From IMG/VR virus record IMGVR_UViG_3300029288_000154: a stretch of DNA of 64,000 nucleotides; one strand, 5' to 3'. This document shows, piece after piece, positions 63,924-64,000 of the stretch; the stretch's first letter is position 1; every line of letters begins with the position of its first letter. A model generated the notes under the pieces. It saw nothing but the letters and a program-made list of their open reading frames with translations, had not been told where the DNA came from and did no database searches. The translations under genes and the position numbers were made by a program. Source of the stretch: an uncultured virus (IMG/VR IMGVR_UViG_3300029288_000154). Taxonomy: Duplodnaviria > Heunggongvirae > Uroviricota > Caudoviricetes.

Positions 63924-64000
63924 AAATACAATTGAAAGTTTATAAAATACCTGGAAACGATACTTGGGCGATTTTAATAGATGGCTTAGGGTTAAATAAT
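63920..64000 (+). CDS. MKI-family protein, 3'-truncated by window edge
   Basis: GTG start overlapping TGA, KIQLKV... Confidence 0.45.
   Translation, partial: MKIQLKVYKIPGNDTWAILIDGLGLNN

Noticed and set aside
2109..64000. Diversity-generating retroelement or integron as source of the mini-gene diversity
   Set aside because: No reverse transcriptase, integrase, attC-like hairpins or near-identical template/variable pair differing at adenines seen in this window; could exist elsewhere in the genome
1..64000. tRNA or rRNA genes
   Set aside because: No cloverleaf or T-loop GTTCGA context noticed and intergenic gaps are short; not confirmed by tRNAscan

Overview
AT-rich, gene-dense, almost entirely plus-strand segment of a large T4-like (jumbo-type) myophage genome. 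It carries T4-type replication accessories (gp45 clamp, gp44 and gp62 clamp loader), nucleotide-metabolism genes (DHFR, dUTPase, dNMP kinase, frameshifted thyA, IMPDH/GMP reductase, deoxyribosyltransferase, HAD nucleotidase, deaminase, two Nudix), four peptidases (M16, M50, ClpP, M32), Hsp20, a MoxR/vWA pair, a sigma70-family factor, two muralytic enzymes and several probable head-packaged proteins behind TAAATA late promoters. Three things stand out. (1) About 50-55 short (36-95 aa) basic, hypervariable ORFs share an N-terminal M-K-[IL]-x-[TLI]-x-[IL] strand and a C-terminal [KR]-[LMI]-[RK]-K helix; they sit in translationally coupled chains between conserved genes and look like an undescribed, actively diversifying mini-protein library. 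(2) A catalytically intact IS607-type TnpB with no transposase sits inside a sigma70 promoter, is flanked by a 10-bp direct repeat, would take that promoter as its guide, and is itself placed leaderless behind a phage late promoter. (3) A consensus sigma54 promoter precedes hsp20. No tRNA, CRISPR array, reverse transcriptase or intron was seen. All family calls come from motif recognition by eye; no searches were run, and several frameshifts may be sequencing errors.
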